64,000 nt of DNA from Nitrospinales bacterium (GCA_965223345.1 CBDCWG010000012.1:1632001-1696000), one strand, 5' to 3'. Positions 28,188 to 38,533 are shown, numbered from the stretch's first letter. Notes: generated by a model not told the origin, from the letters alone. Program-made: numbers and translations.

Positions 28188-29971
28188 GGCAGGTGGCTCC
28201 TTCCGTGGTCGCCGGGGTTGTCCAGGTCGAACACCTTGCCCTCGATGTTGACGGCGACCAGCTTTTTGATGCCGATGCGGTTAGCGATGGCCTTCACATC
28301 GGCGTAGCCGTTGCCGGATATGTTGTTGTAGGGGATCACGCCCATCGAGAACGAGCGTTTTCGTAAGTGATTCATCAACTCGGACGGGAAGGTGCGGTTG
28401 TTGAAATGGCCGTTTTCGTACAGCAGGATCTCGCCGATGTCGGGGATCTGGCGCAGTTCGTGCTCGACCACCGGCTGCGCCAGGGTGGCGATCTTGTTGT
28501 GCGCAAACTGGTGGCGGATCGAGCCGACCACATCCTGCATCTGCTTCATGCGGGTGCTGCGGAACACCAGGATGTCGTCTTCGGAGTCGAGGGAGATGGC
28601 CTTGAAGTTGTCCCTGGCGGTCTTGGAATAGCGCTTGTTGAACGCCACCTCATACAGCTTTTCCGCCTCACGGAAATTTTTCATCACCTGCTCGGCCGGG
28701 TATTCGGGCCGGTCCACCACGCAGTGGTTGCCGCCGTCGAAGTGCTTCCAGTCCAGGTCGCGCAAGTAGCCCTGGGCCTTCATGTGGTTGAAGAAGGGTG
28801 TTCCCGGTTGCGGCGTGCTGATGGAAAGCTGGAACCGCCACAGAAGATCGCGGTCGATGAGCTCGCGGATGAGATCGAGGGTCTTTTTGTCGCAGTCGTC
28901 GGTGGAGCCTTCGCCGCCGAAGGTGAAGGTGCCGTAAAACTTCAGCCCGATGCTCGTGCCGTACTGCATGAGCTGCTTGAGGCGCGGGACGTTGAATTTT
29001 TTCATCAGCTCCATGCCGCGCGCCGCGTGCTCGCCGGCGGTCTCGATGCCCAGGCGCACCATGTAGTAGCCGGCGCTTTTCATGGCCTCCAGCACTTCCT
29101 CGTCCATCGGCCACTGGCCGCACATGACGTCGTACTTGAGGTCGTCGAGGCCGTTTTCGCGAAACGCCTTGGTCAATTCGAGGATGTATTTCTTGCTGCC
29201 GTTGTGCACTTCCTCGTCGAAGAAGATGCCCTCGAGCTGCGGGTATCTGGCGCGCAGGGTGTGCAGTTCGGCGACCACGTTCATCGGGTCGCGCGGCCGC
29301 CAGTTGGGGCGGGCGTAGGAGATGTTGCCGCACACGCAGAAGGTGCAGGACAACGGGCATCCGCGCGAGGCGTAGGCCTGGATCTCGAGGTACTCGCTGG
29401 AAGGCTCGCCGGGCATGCCGTAGTCGAGGCGCGACACGTCGTCGTCTTCGGGGAAGGGCAGGTCGTTGACATCGAGCGGCGGCCGCAAATCTGTGTTGGG
29501 GTACAGCCCCTGGATGTCGCTCGGATCTTTCCCTTGCAGGATGTCGCGCACCACCAGTTCGTATTCGCGCAGGACGACGTGGTCGGCGTACTGGCTCACC
29601 TCCTCGGGAAACGTGGTGGGATGCGGGCCGCAGAAGATCAGCCGGGTGCCGAACCGGCGCTTGACCTCCATGGCGAAGCGCTTGTCCGCCTCGATGGTGC
29701 GCGTGGCGCAGTCCATGATGAGGTAGTCCGGGCCGAATTCGGAGACTCTGTCCACGAACGCCTGGTGGTCGAGCTTATCGAGGCAGCCGTCAAAAAAGCG
29801 CACTTCGTGGTCGGTGTCGCGCTTGAGCAGGGACGAGCAGTAGGCGAGCTGCCAGGGGTAGTAGGTGAAGATGTTGAGGTCCTTCGTGCTGTTGGTCCAC
29901 CGGCTGGGCGAGTGGATCATGGCGTAACCGTCGGCGTCGATGCCGACCGAATTGCATACGGCGACTTTCAT
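28184..29971 (-). CDS. B12-binding-domain radical SAM protein with a C-terminal GT9-like half-domain (paralog)
   Basis: SRGCPLSCTFC, LGIETAG and TPQPGTP motifs; C-terminal ILVFRSTR...LRKRSF. Confidence 0.88.
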   Translation of the reverse strand: MKVAVCNSVGIDADGYAMIHSPSRWTNSTKDLNIFTYYPWQLAYCSSLLKRDTDHEVRFFDGCLDKLDHQAFVDRVSEFGPDYLIMDCATRTIEADKRFAMEVKRRFGTRLIFCGPHPTTFPEEVSQYADHVVLREYELVVRDILQGKDPSDIQGLYPNTDLRPPLDVNDLPFPEDDDVSRLDYGMPGEPSSEYLEIQAYASRGCPLSCTFCVCGNISYARPNWRPRDPMNVVAELHTLRARYPQLEGIFFDEEVHNGSKKYILELTKAFRENGLDDLKYDVMCGQWPMDEEVLEAMKSAGYYMVRLGIETAGEHAARGMELMKKFNVPRLKQLMQYGTSIGLKFYGTFTFGGEGSTDDCDKKTLDLIRELIDRDLLWRFQLSISTPQPGTPFFNHMKAQGYLRDLDWKHFDGGNHCVVDRPEYPAEQVMKNFREAEKLYEVAFNKRYSKTARDNFKAISLDSEDDILVFRSTRMKQMQDVVGSIRHQFAHNKIATLAQPVVEHELRQIPDIGEILLYENGHFNNRTFPSELMNHLRKRSFSMGVIPYNNISGNGYADVKAIANRIGIKKLVAVNIEGKVFDLDNPGDHGRSHLP

Positions 29972-30272
29972 CAAAAGCCTCTATCGATGCGGGGCGCGCC
30001 GCCCCGGAATGAGAGTTGGGGTAAACCGGTCTGTGCCGGATTTTGAGCGCACAAAAAACATAAAAAAACACATGTTCTCTAGCGGATTTTCTCAATTAAA
30101 ACTTTAATTGTGATGACCGGCCGGTTTTGGGGCCCAAAACCGGTGCGAACCCGCAGCTTATGCTCCGGGTTTCACCTTGACATCGATTCGGCGACTTGCC
30201 AAGATAGCCGATTGCGGCGCGAGCCCGGCCCGGCGGGCCGAGGCCGCCTGGAAATTCATGAAGAGGGGTTTG

Positions 30273-31211
30273 ATGACGGAAACGGAAAAGAAAAAATCGG
30301 GATTTTTTTCCCGCCTCAAAGCGGGGCTCAGCAAAACCCGCAACACGCTGGCCGGGGGCATCGACAACCTGGTGCACGGCAAGGCGGAGGTGGGGCCGCA
30401 ACTGCTGGACGATCTGGAGGATCTGCTCATCTCGGCGGACGTCGGCGTCGAAACCTCCCAGCACATCCTCGATACCCTGCGAAAAGGGGTGGCTTCCGAG
30501 CACATCCGCGAACCCAAAGAAATGGTGGATCATCTGAAGCGGGTGATGGTCCGCATCCTCGAAGAGGCCGGAGAATCCACCGGGGCCATAACGGAAAAAC
30601 CCAAGGTCATGCTGGTCATCGGCGTCAACGGATCGGGCAAGACCACCACCATCGGCAAGCTGGCGAAAAAATGGACGCAGGAAGGATCGAACGTGATCCT
30701 GGCGGCGGCGGACACCTTCCGTGCGGCGGCCATCGAGCAGATGCTCGTCTGGGCGGAGCGGGCGGGCGTCACCTGCATCCATCAGAAAGCCGGGGCCGAC
30801 CCGTCCGCGGTGGCGTTCGATGCGGTGCAGGCGGGCGTGGCGCGCAAGGCGGACGTGGTGCTCATCGACACGGCGGGCCGTCTGCAGACCAACACGAATC
30901 TGATGGAAGAGCTGAAAAAGATCAAGCGCGTGACCGGCAAGGTGCTGCCCGGCGCGCCGCACGAAACCCTGCTCATACTGGATGCGAGCATCGGGCAGAA
31001 CAGCGTGTCGCAGGCGCGCCTGTTCCACGAAGCGCTAAAGATCGACGGGCTGGCGATGACGAAACTGGACGGGACGAGCAAAGGCGGCGTGCTGTTCAAC
31101 ATCTCCCGGGAGCTGAAGCTGCCGGTGCGTTACATCGGTGTGGGCGAAAAGGCGGAGGATCTGCAGGAATTCAATGCGGAGGAATTCGTCGAGGCGCTGT
31201 TTGCCAAATGA
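30273..31211 (+). CDS. ftsY: SRP receptor FtsY
   Basis: GVNGSGKTTT, DTFRAAA, DTAGR and TKLDGTSKGG motifs. Confidence 0.97.
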   Translation: MTETEKKKSGFFSRLKAGLSKTRNTLAGGIDNLVHGKAEVGPQLLDDLEDLLISADVGVETSQHILDTLRKGVASEHIREPKEMVDHLKRVMVRILEEAGESTGAITEKPKVMLVIGVNGSGKTTTIGKLAKKWTQEGSNVILAAADTFRAAAIEQMLVWAERAGVTCIHQKAGADPSAVAFDAVQAGVARKADVVLIDTAGRLQTNTNLMEELKKIKRVTGKVLPGAPHETLLILDASIGQNSVSQARLFHEALKIDGLAMTKLDGTSKGGVLFNISRELKLPVRYIGVGEKAEDLQEFNAEEFVEALFAK

Positions 31212-31238
31212 TGCGACCCCTCTTGAGAGGAGGGGGCC

Positions 31239-31748
31239 TCACTCCTCGATTTGCTCTTCTTCTTCCCCGCGTTTGAGCTGGTCGAACTGGGTTTTGATGA
31301 TGTAGCGGTGGATGAACTCGCGGTTTTTCTCGTCCATGCGCTCGGAAAACTTGAGGTGCAGGATCGTCGATTCCGGCAGGGAGCGGGCGCCCTGGCTGAT
31401 GAGATGCGACTCCATCTTGAGGATCACCGGCTCGGGCAGGGGCAGGATGAACAGCGCGGTCAGCGTTTCCCCCGGATCGAACTCGACCGGCTCCAGAATC
31501 CGGCCGCACAGGCCGCTGGCGCTGAGGTCGATGATGACCATGTTGACGACGGTGCCGTCTTTGAGCCACAGGGCGGCTTCGATGGGGTCGGCGCCTTCCA
31601 CCTTCAACCGGAAAAAATCCCTCCTGTCCTGAAACCGGCTGCTGTCTTCCAGGCGGCTGCGGTTCCAGTGAAAGATTTTCTTGATCCAACGATCGACGGT
31701 TTTACCGCCATTCTCGACCGGGATTTTCGCCTGCAATCTGCTGATCAT
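31239..31748 (-). CDS. PilZ-domain protein
   Basis: RRDFFR (RxxxR) and DLSASG (DxSxxG) c-di-GMP motifs. Confidence 0.85.
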   Translation of the reverse strand: MISRLQAKIPVENGGKTVDRWIKKIFHWNRSRLEDSSRFQDRRDFFRLKVEGADPIEAALWLKDGTVVNMVIIDLSASGLCGRILEPVEFDPGETLTALFILPLPEPVILKMESHLISQGARSLPESTILHLKFSERMDEKNREFIHRYIIKTQFDQLKRGEEEEQIEE

Positions 31749-31856
31749 GGTGTCCCCTTACAGTCCGGGCTCTGGATAAGAGCCTGAATATCAGATCGAT
31801 CGCCGATCCTGGGTTGAAGCGCTGGTATTTTGACGGTTGTTTCTGAAAATCAAAGG

Positions 31857-31872
31857 AGCAATTTGTGTGCCA
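31857..31872 (-). promoter_or_regulatory. Sigma54 promoter for the PilZ gene
   Basis: Minus strand TGGCACACAAATTGCT, near consensus. Confidence 0.75.
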
Positions 31873-32028
31873 GCCAAACCCGCAAAACCGGTCCGCCTGG
31901 CCCTTTGAAAAAGGCCGGTTTCGGCGAGGGGGGCTGGCAGGGCGGCTTGGAGGGTTGGAAATTTTTGCCCACACGGCAAGAAATTCCCCCACAACCGGCA
32001 CGAAAAAGGGATCGGGACGGGGAGGGGG

Positions 32029-32397
32029 TCAGCGCATGGCTTCGCCGATGCGTGCCAGCAAATCCTGGAAATTCGGGGGTTTGCGGAAGTAATCGAACAC
32101 GCCCATGTCCCGCGCTTCCTGCGCCACCGGCGAATTGGTCTCCAGGACCGAAAGGATGATCACTTTTGTTTTCGGGTGGTTGATGCGGATCCAGCGGAGA
32201 AAATCCATGCCGCTGACTTCAGGAAGCACCACGTCCACCAGCGCCAGTTTGGGCCGGGATTTGGACGCGGCCGCCATCGCCTCGTGCCCGGTGCTGGCGG
32301 TGACGACAGAGTATCCCTGGGTTTCGAGCAGACGCAGCAGGATGTTCTGGGACGCGGGGTCGTCCTCGACGATCAGAATGCTTGCGTCCTCCTCCAT
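32029..32397 (-). CDS. Single-domain response regulator receiver
   Basis: ILIVEDD, LVDVVLP and KP motifs. Confidence 0.92.
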   Translation of the reverse strand: MEEDASILIVEDDPASQNILLRLLETQGYSVVTASTGHEAMAAASKSRPKLALVDVVLPEVSGMDFLRWIRINHPKTKVIILSVLETNSPVAQEARDMGVFDYFRKPPNFQDLLARIGEAMR

Positions 32398-32568
32398 CGT
32401 TCACTCCTTGCTGGATTCACCGGATCCGGTGAGGTGTACGGAATCGCCCGTGTGCTTATCGGAAACCGGGGAAAGTCGATCTGGAAATCACGGACGGAAG
32501 GGTCGGTCGTGATCGTAAAAGGATACCGGCCGGCAGGAGGCGATCTGAGGAATGCCCCTTGAAAGAAC

Positions 32569-32642
<74 letters not shown>

Positions 32643-32674
32643 CCGCAAACTGATTGAATACTCAAAGAGAAAAA

Positions 32675-32749
<75 letters not shown>

Positions 32750-32783
32750 CTGATGTCTTTTCGGACCAGTCTTTCGTGAAATC

Positions 32784-32811
32784 ATTATATTTCCTGAACC
32801 GGTTTTGTCAA
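32784..32811 (-). promoter_or_regulatory. Consensus sigma70 promoter for the tRNA pair
   Basis: TTGACA-16 nt-TATAAT on the minus strand. Confidence 0.8.
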
Positions 32812-32814
32812 ATT

Positions 32815-33399
32815 CTATTTTTTCAGAAACCGGGCCTCGGTTCCCTGCAGGATTCTCTGGATATTTTCGTGGTGTTTGCCCAGAACGATGAGGGCGACGA
32901 GCACGGAAACGCTGATGGTGTCCGCCGGGGCGTTGAAAAAAATCCCGAACAGCGGCAAAAACAGCGAGGCGACGATGGAACTGGCGGAAACGTAGCCGGT
33001 GAGCCACAGGGTGACGGCGAAGACCCCCATGCAGGACAGGGTGGGCACGGGCATCAGGTAGAGAAACACGCCCAGGCCGGTGGCGACGCCTTTGCCGCCC
33101 TTGAATTTGAGGAATACGGAAAAAACGTGCCCGAGAAAGGCCAGCAGGCCGGAAACGGCGGTCTTCATCGGGGTCTCAAGCAGCTGGTCCGCGATGAACA
33201 CGGCCAGAACCCCTTTGACCAGATCGCCGAGCAGGGTGAGCAGGCCGAGTTTCTTCCCCAGCACCCGGGCGGCGTTGGTGGCGCCGATGTTGCCGCTGCC
33301 GTGGTCGCGCAGATCGATCTTCCGGGTGCGGGCCAGAAGCATGCCGAAGGGGATGGAGCCGAGAAAATAGGCGACGGCCCAGACGAGTGCGGTTTCCAT
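32815..33399 (-). CDS. plsY: Glycerol-3-phosphate acyltransferase PlsY
   Basis: GSIPFG, GSGNIGATN, FKGGKGVAT and HHENIQR motifs. Confidence 0.96.
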   Translation of the reverse strand: METALVWAVAYFLGSIPFGMLLARTRKIDLRDHGSGNIGATNAARVLGKKLGLLTLLGDLVKGVLAVFIADQLLETPMKTAVSGLLAFLGHVFSVFLKFKGGKGVATGLGVFLYLMPVPTLSCMGVFAVTLWLTGYVSASSIVASLFLPLFGIFFNAPADTISVSVLVALIVLGKHHENIQRILQGTEARFLKK

Positions 33400-33429
33400 T
33401 TCAGATACCGGTGCGGGGGGTGATGAGGA

Positions 33430-34323
33430 TCAACTCAGGTGGTCTCCCAGTGCGACGCTTGCGGATTTGATCTTCAGTTTCGCTTTGGCCCGTTTTTCGA
33501 TCTGGCGCACCCGCTCGCGGGAAAGGCCGATCTCCTTGCCGATTTCTTCCAGTGTCTGCGCCGGGCCGCCGAACCCGAAGCGCTTTCGCAGGATCATCTC
33601 TTCTCTGTGACTCAGCCCCTTGAGCAGGGTTTCCACTTTGGAGCGCAGCCCCTCCTTCATGATCTGATCGTCGTAGGGGATGGTGTCCGGGTTTTCCAGA
33701 AGCTCGATGTAGGGCGTGGTCTCGTCGTTGCGCAGCGGGGCGTCCAGGGACACGTGGGTGCGGTAGGCCTGCATGATCTGGTTGATCTCGGTTTCCTTGA
33801 ACCCCATTCCGGCGGCCAGCTCGTTTTGCGTGGGTTCCCGTTCCAGGGTCTGGATGAGGTCCTGCCGCTTTTTGCCGATCTGATAGACCTTGCCGACCTG
33901 CTTGACCGGCAGTTTCACGGTGCCCGACTGCTCCGCCAGCGAGTGCAGGATCGCCTGGCGGATCCACCAGACCGCGTAGGTGATGAACTTGACGTGCCGG
34001 GAGGCGTCGAAACGCTTGGCGGCCTGGATCAGGCCGATGTTGCCTTCCTCGATGAGATCCTGCAGGGACAGGCCGCAGCCTTTGTATTTGTTGGCGACGG
34101 AAACGACGAATTTCAGGTTGCGGCGCACCAGCTCCTGCAGGGCCAGGGTGTCGCCCTGTTCGATGCGGTGGGCGAGCGCTTCTTCCTCTTCCCGCTGCAG
34201 CGGCTGGATTTTGCTGATTTCCTGGAGATACCGGGTCAACGGTTCCGCGTGTTCGCGGTGGCGCTCCGCAGAACGCGGGGGGGATGCGGGCCGGGATTTT
34301 TCAGAATTGCGTTTGCTGGCCAT
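33430..34323 (-). CDS. Sigma70-family sigma factor (regions 1.2-4, no region 1.1; RpoD/RpoS-like)
   Basis: YLQEI, DLIEEGNIGL, KFITYAVWWIRQAI and TLEEIG...SRERVRQIE motifs. Confidence 0.93.
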   Translation of the reverse strand: MASKRNSEKSRPASPPRSAERHREHAEPLTRYLQEISKIQPLQREEEEALAHRIEQGDTLALQELVRRNLKFVVSVANKYKGCGLSLQDLIEEGNIGLIQAAKRFDASRHVKFITYAVWWIRQAILHSLAEQSGTVKLPVKQVGKVYQIGKKRQDLIQTLEREPTQNELAAGMGFKETEINQIMQAYRTHVSLDAPLRNDETTPYIELLENPDTIPYDDQIMKEGLRSKVETLLKGLSHREEMILRKRFGFGGPAQTLEEIGKEIGLSRERVRQIEKRAKAKLKIKSASVALGDHLS

Positions 34324-34342
34324 AGTCTCACTCGGCGCGTTT

Positions 34343-35107
34343 TCAACGCAGATGGCGTAAGCGGTCGCGCGCTTCCTTTGCAAAAAGGCTTCGGGGGTAC
34401 TTGTCCAGCAGTTCCATGTAGGTGTCCTTGGCCTTTTTGAAGTTTTCCTCATTGTAATAGGATTCGGCAATCAGGAAAATGGCTTCGTCGATGAACTGCT
34501 GGTCGGGATACGTTTCCATGGCGCGGCGCAGCCTCAGGATGGCGGACTGGTAGGCGCCGGTGCGGTAATAAAATTTGCCGATTTCGAACACGTTTTCCGC
34601 CAGAATCCGCAGGCATTCCTTTTTCTTCTCCACGCCTTTCTGGTAATACTGGCTGTCGGGGAAATTCTGAATGAAGTATTCGAACCCTTCCAGGGCCGCC
34701 TTGGTGTGCGTCTGGTCGCGGGTGGAGATCTCCATCATCTTGAAGTCGGACATGGCCTTGAAATAGTGCGCCCGGTCCACCCGCTTGTTGGCGGGGTACA
34801 GTTCGATGAAGCGCTTGTAGTGAAACTTGGACTCTTCGAATTCCTCGTCCCGGTAATGGGTGTCGGCAAGAAAAATCAAGGCGGCGACGCGCTCCTTGCT
34901 GTCCGGATAATCCTCCAGGATCTGCTGAAACAGCTGTTTCGCCTCGAGATAATCGTTGAGCTTGACCTCCTCTTTGCCGCGTTTCAGCAATTCGTCCGGC
35001 GGCAGGACGACTTTTTCTTTCTGAGAAGCGCAGCCTGTGAAGAGAAATAGGATTCCAAAGAACGGGAGGAGCCAGGCGCGAAACTCGGGAAAACAAGGTC
35101 TATGCAT
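34343..35107 (-). CDS. bamD: Outer membrane protein assembly factor BamD
   Basis: Lipobox FTGC, TPRs, RDQT and IGKFYY motifs. Confidence 0.9.
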   Translation of the reverse strand: MHRPCFPEFRAWLLPFFGILFLFTGCASQKEKVVLPPDELLKRGKEEVKLNDYLEAKQLFQQILEDYPDSKERVAALIFLADTHYRDEEFEESKFHYKRFIELYPANKRVDRAHYFKAMSDFKMMEISTRDQTHTKAALEGFEYFIQNFPDSQYYQKGVEKKKECLRILAENVFEIGKFYYRTGAYQSAILRLRRAMETYPDQQFIDEAIFLIAESYYNEENFKKAKDTYMELLDKYPRSLFAKEARDRLRHLR

Positions 35108-35315
35108 GGTTCGGTCTGAAGGGTGAATCGATTTTTAATCAATATATAATATTGCGGCTTATTTTTAAAGGGTTTAAAAGCGGGGCGGTTTTCAATGCCG
35201 CTTGCGGAGAGCGAATTTTTCGTGATATAACTGCTAAAGTGCCTTTCTATTTGACCTCGCAATCTTGAAAATTTGTGCTGGCCCCCATAATTCTTAACTT
35301 TCTCCAATACAAAAA

Positions 35316-36113
35316 ATGAGAGCTGCCAAGAAAATTCTTGCCCTGTTCCCGGGATGTCTGCTGTTTGCGATGACGGCTCCCGCGTTCGCGGCGACGCCGC
35401 CTCCGCCCGTGGACACCGGCTGGAAACTGCTGGCCATCATCGAAAAGGGCGGGATCATGATGTACCCGATCCTTTTCTGCTCCATCCTGATCGTCGGGAT
35501 CGGCATCGAGAGGGCCTACAATCTTCGCAGAAAGAACATCATCAACACGGAATTTTTGAAGAACGTCCGCAACCACTGGAACTGGAAGGACGTGCAACTC
35601 GGCCTGCAGATGTGCAGCGCCTACGACAACGCCCTGGCGCGTATCCTCAAGACCGGGCTGCTCCGGGTCGGCGGCAAGCTCGATGAGATCGAGCGCGCCA
35701 TCGAAGGGGCGGGGCAGCACGAAGCGTCGCTGATGAACTCCAATCTTCGGGTGCTCGGGGCGGTCGCCAACATCACGCCCATGATGGGGCTTCTGGGAAC
35801 GGTGTTCGGCATGATCAAGGCGTTCAACGTCATCTCGCAGAGCGGCACCGGCAACCCCGGGCTGGTCGCCAGCGGCATCTCCGAGGCGCTGATCACCACC
35901 GCGGCGGGCATGGTGGTGGGCATTCCCGCTCTGGCGCTGTACCATTATTTCCGCGGCAAGATCGACCGCTACGTGTTCGAGATGGAGGAGATTTCGTTTC
36001 AGCTGGTGGAAGAACTCTCCTACGAAGCGGTGCGCGAGAAAAAAGGCCAGGAGCCTCCGACGACGGAACCCCCGCCGAAAAAATCCCGCAAGGGCATTCG
36101 CGCGGCGCTTTAA
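35316..36113 (+). CDS. exbB: MotA/TolQ/ExbB proton channel
   Basis: GGIMMYP, PMMGLLGTVFGMI and GISEALITTAAG motifs. Confidence 0.9.
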   Translation: MRAAKKILALFPGCLLFAMTAPAFAATPPPPVDTGWKLLAIIEKGGIMMYPILFCSILIVGIGIERAYNLRRKNIINTEFLKNVRNHWNWKDVQLGLQMCSAYDNALARILKTGLLRVGGKLDEIERAIEGAGQHEASLMNSNLRVLGAVANITPMMGLLGTVFGMIKAFNVISQSGTGNPGLVASGISEALITTAAGMVVGIPALALYHYFRGKIDRYVFEMEEISFQLVEELSYEAVREKKGQEPPTTEPPPKKSRKGIRAAL

Positions 36114-36158
36114 CCGCGGGCGTTCACGCAACGCCCCCGGTCATCGGGACCCCAAACC

Positions 36159-36554
36159 ATGCGATTCAGAAAAGAAGAAGAGGAAAATTTCGGTCTGGAC
36201 ATGACGCCCATGATCGATGTGGTGTTTCTGCTGTTGATCTTCTTCATGGTGTCCACGGTGTTCGTGGACTTTAACCGGCGCATGGACCTCACGCTGCCTT
36301 CCTCCAAGTCCTCCATTCAGGACGAGACGCCGAAGAATCTCGAAATCGAGATGACCACCGACAAGCAGATTTTTTTCAACGGCAAGAAAACCACGCTGCA
36401 GGAGTTGGAAGCGTCCCTGCCGACCGAAGCGGGGGTGGAAACGCGCACGGCGATCATCCGCGCGGACAAGAGCCTGCCCTACGGTGACGTCATCCGTGTG
36501 ATGGGGGTGATTCAGGGCGCCGGCATCACCGACATCAGTGTGGCTGTGAAGTGA
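36159..36554 (+). CDS. exbD: ExbD/TolR biopolymer transport protein
   Basis: MTPMIDVVFLLLIFFMV and IRADK motifs. Confidence 0.92.
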   Translation: MRFRKEEEENFGLDMTPMIDVVFLLLIFFMVSTVFVDFNRRMDLTLPSSKSSIQDETPKNLEIEMTTDKQIFFNGKKTTLQELEASLPTEAGVETRTAIIRADKSLPYGDVIRVMGVIQGAGITDISVAVK

Positions 36555-36573
36555 TTCGGGACCGCAGAAGCGG

Positions 36574-36867
36574 TCACTTGACGATGGAAGGCTTGTTGTG
36601 GCGTTTCAGGATCCACTCGTTGAGCGTGCGGATTTCCTCCGGCTTGAGAAAGTCCATCACCGCGCGGGCGTCGGGATGGTCCTCATCGTTCACCACGACG
36701 CAGTAATTCCTTTCGACATACGCCGCCACGTGGGCTTTGAACTGGGGGAAGTCAAACAGTTCCGCAAACACCGATGCGTGGTATTCGGGGTCGCGTTTTT
36801 TCGGGTCGAACTTGGCCAGCCTGGAATTGAGCTTCGTTTTGAAATCCGCCTTCAGCAACACACCCAT
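36574..36867 (-). CDS. Hypothetical protein
   Basis: GGAGAG RBS before MGVLLKADF and genome-like codon usage. Confidence 0.6.
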   Translation of the reverse strand: MGVLLKADFKTKLNSRLAKFDPKKRDPEYHASVFAELFDFPQFKAHVAAYVERNYCVVVNDEDHPDARAVMDFLKPEEIRTLNEWILKRHNKPSIVK

Positions 36868-37131
36868 CGTCGGTCTCTCCGCGAATGAAATCCATCTGCC
36901 CCTCATTTTAACCTCGCTGTTTTTCCGGGAAAAACAAAAAAACAAAAACCCCTGTCATTTCCCGTCTTATGGCGCCCGGCCTTTGGTTAAAATATTGTAA
37001 AATAAGGGGATAATCTGTTTTTGCGGCGTGGGCGCAAACAAAATCTGTTAAAATAAAAGCGCACTCAAAGATGAGAGCCGCCCCGCGCCCACGCGAAAGA
37101 GGCGCCCAGGGATCACCGGAGAACGCCAGCC

Positions 37132-38445
37132 ATGAACACGAACAAGGATTCCCATCTGTCGGTCAGCCGTTCGCTGCTCGAATTCATCGACCGCGCGCCC
37201 ACGCCATTCCACGCGGTCGCCGAGACCGTGGCGCTGCTGGAAAAGGACGATTTCAGCGAACTCAACGAGCAGGACGCCTGGGATCTCACACCGGGAGGAA
37301 AGTATTACGTCACGCGCAACGGCTCGTCCATCGTGGCGTTCGTGCTCGGCATGGAAAACGCCGGCACGGCTGGCTTTAAAATCATCGGCGCGCACACGGA
37401 CAGCCCCAATCTCAGGCTCAAGCCCAACCCGGTGTACGAGAAGGGCGGCTACGTGCAGCTCGGAGTCGAGGTGTACGGCGGCGTGCTGCTCGCCACCTGG
37501 ACGGACCGGGACCTGTCGCTGGCCGGGCGGGTCATCCTGCGTGCGGGAGAGGGGACGCAAGCGAAACTGGTGAGATTCGAGGAGCCGCTTTTGCGCGTGC
37601 CGCAGCTTGCGATCCACCTGAACCGCGAGGTGAACAGCAAGGGGCTCCTCCTCAACAAGCAGACGCACCTGCCGCCGATCTTTGCGCTGTCCGAAGGACG
37701 GGACAACCCGGAAGCGGCGCTCACCGAATTGATCGCGGACAAGCTCAACTGCGACGCCAAAGACATCCTCGGTCTGGAGCTGATGCTGCACGATGTGCAG
37801 AAGAGCAGCCTCGCCGGACCGGCGGAGGAATTCGTGTTCGCGCCCCGGCTCGACAACCTGGCCTCCTGCCATGCGGCCACCTGCGCGCTGCTCGATTCGC
37901 CGGCGAAAACACCGGCGACGCGGGTGCTGGCGTTTTACGATCACGAGGAGGTCGGCAGCGAAACCGCCCAGGGCGGCGGCTCGCCGTTTCTGAAAAACAT
38001 CCTCGAGCGCTTGTCCGCCGAGGCGGAGAAACCGCGGGAAGCGTTCATGCGGGCGATGGCCCGTTCGGTCTTCATTTCGGCGGACATGGCGCACGCCGTG
38101 CATCCCAACTACCTCGATCAGCACGACGCCCAGCACATGCCGGTGATCAACAAGGGGCCGGTCATCAAGAGCAACGCCGGGCAGAAGTACGCGACGGAAG
38201 GCATGTCGAGCGCCGCGTTCGAAATCCTGTGCGAACGCGCCGGCGTGCCGGTGCAGAAATTCGTGGTGCGCTCGGATCTCGCCTGCGGCAGCACCATCGG
38301 TCCCATCACCGCGGCGAACCTCGGCATTCAGACCGTGGACGTGGGCAACCCGATGCTGTCCATGCACTCGATCCGCGAGATGGCCGGCTCCGCCGACCAC
38401 GCCCACCTCATCCGCGCCTTCATGGAATTTTTCAAGCCGGAATAG
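37132..38445 (+). CDS. apeB: M18 family aspartyl aminopeptidase
   Basis: AHTDSP, RLDNL, DHEEVGS, DMAHAVHPNY, GSTIGP and MHSIRE motifs. Confidence 0.93.
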   Translation: MNTNKDSHLSVSRSLLEFIDRAPTPFHAVAETVALLEKDDFSELNEQDAWDLTPGGKYYVTRNGSSIVAFVLGMENAGTAGFKIIGAHTDSPNLRLKPNPVYEKGGYVQLGVEVYGGVLLATWTDRDLSLAGRVILRAGEGTQAKLVRFEEPLLRVPQLAIHLNREVNSKGLLLNKQTHLPPIFALSEGRDNPEAALTELIADKLNCDAKDILGLELMLHDVQKSSLAGPAEEFVFAPRLDNLASCHAATCALLDSPAKTPATRVLAFYDHEEVGSETAQGGGSPFLKNILERLSAEAEKPREAFMRAMARSVFISADMAHAVHPNYLDQHDAQHMPVINKGPVIKSNAGQKYATEGMSSAAFEILCERAGVPVQKFVVRSDLACGSTIGPITAANLGIQTVDVGNPMLSMHSIREMAGSADHAHLIRAFMEFFKPE

Positions 38446-38483
38446 TTTTTTGCTGCCAATGTGTGGATGGCGTCTTCGTCACC

Positions 38484-38533
38484 CTTCGACAAGCTCAGGA
38501 TGACAATCGACTGTCATGCTGAGCCTGTCGAAG
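38484..38533. repeat. REP-like inverted repeat
   Basis: CTTCGACAAGCTCAGGATGACA-ATCGAC-TGTCATGCTGAGCCTGTCGAAG, a 22-bp stem with 2 mismatches. Confidence 0.75.
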
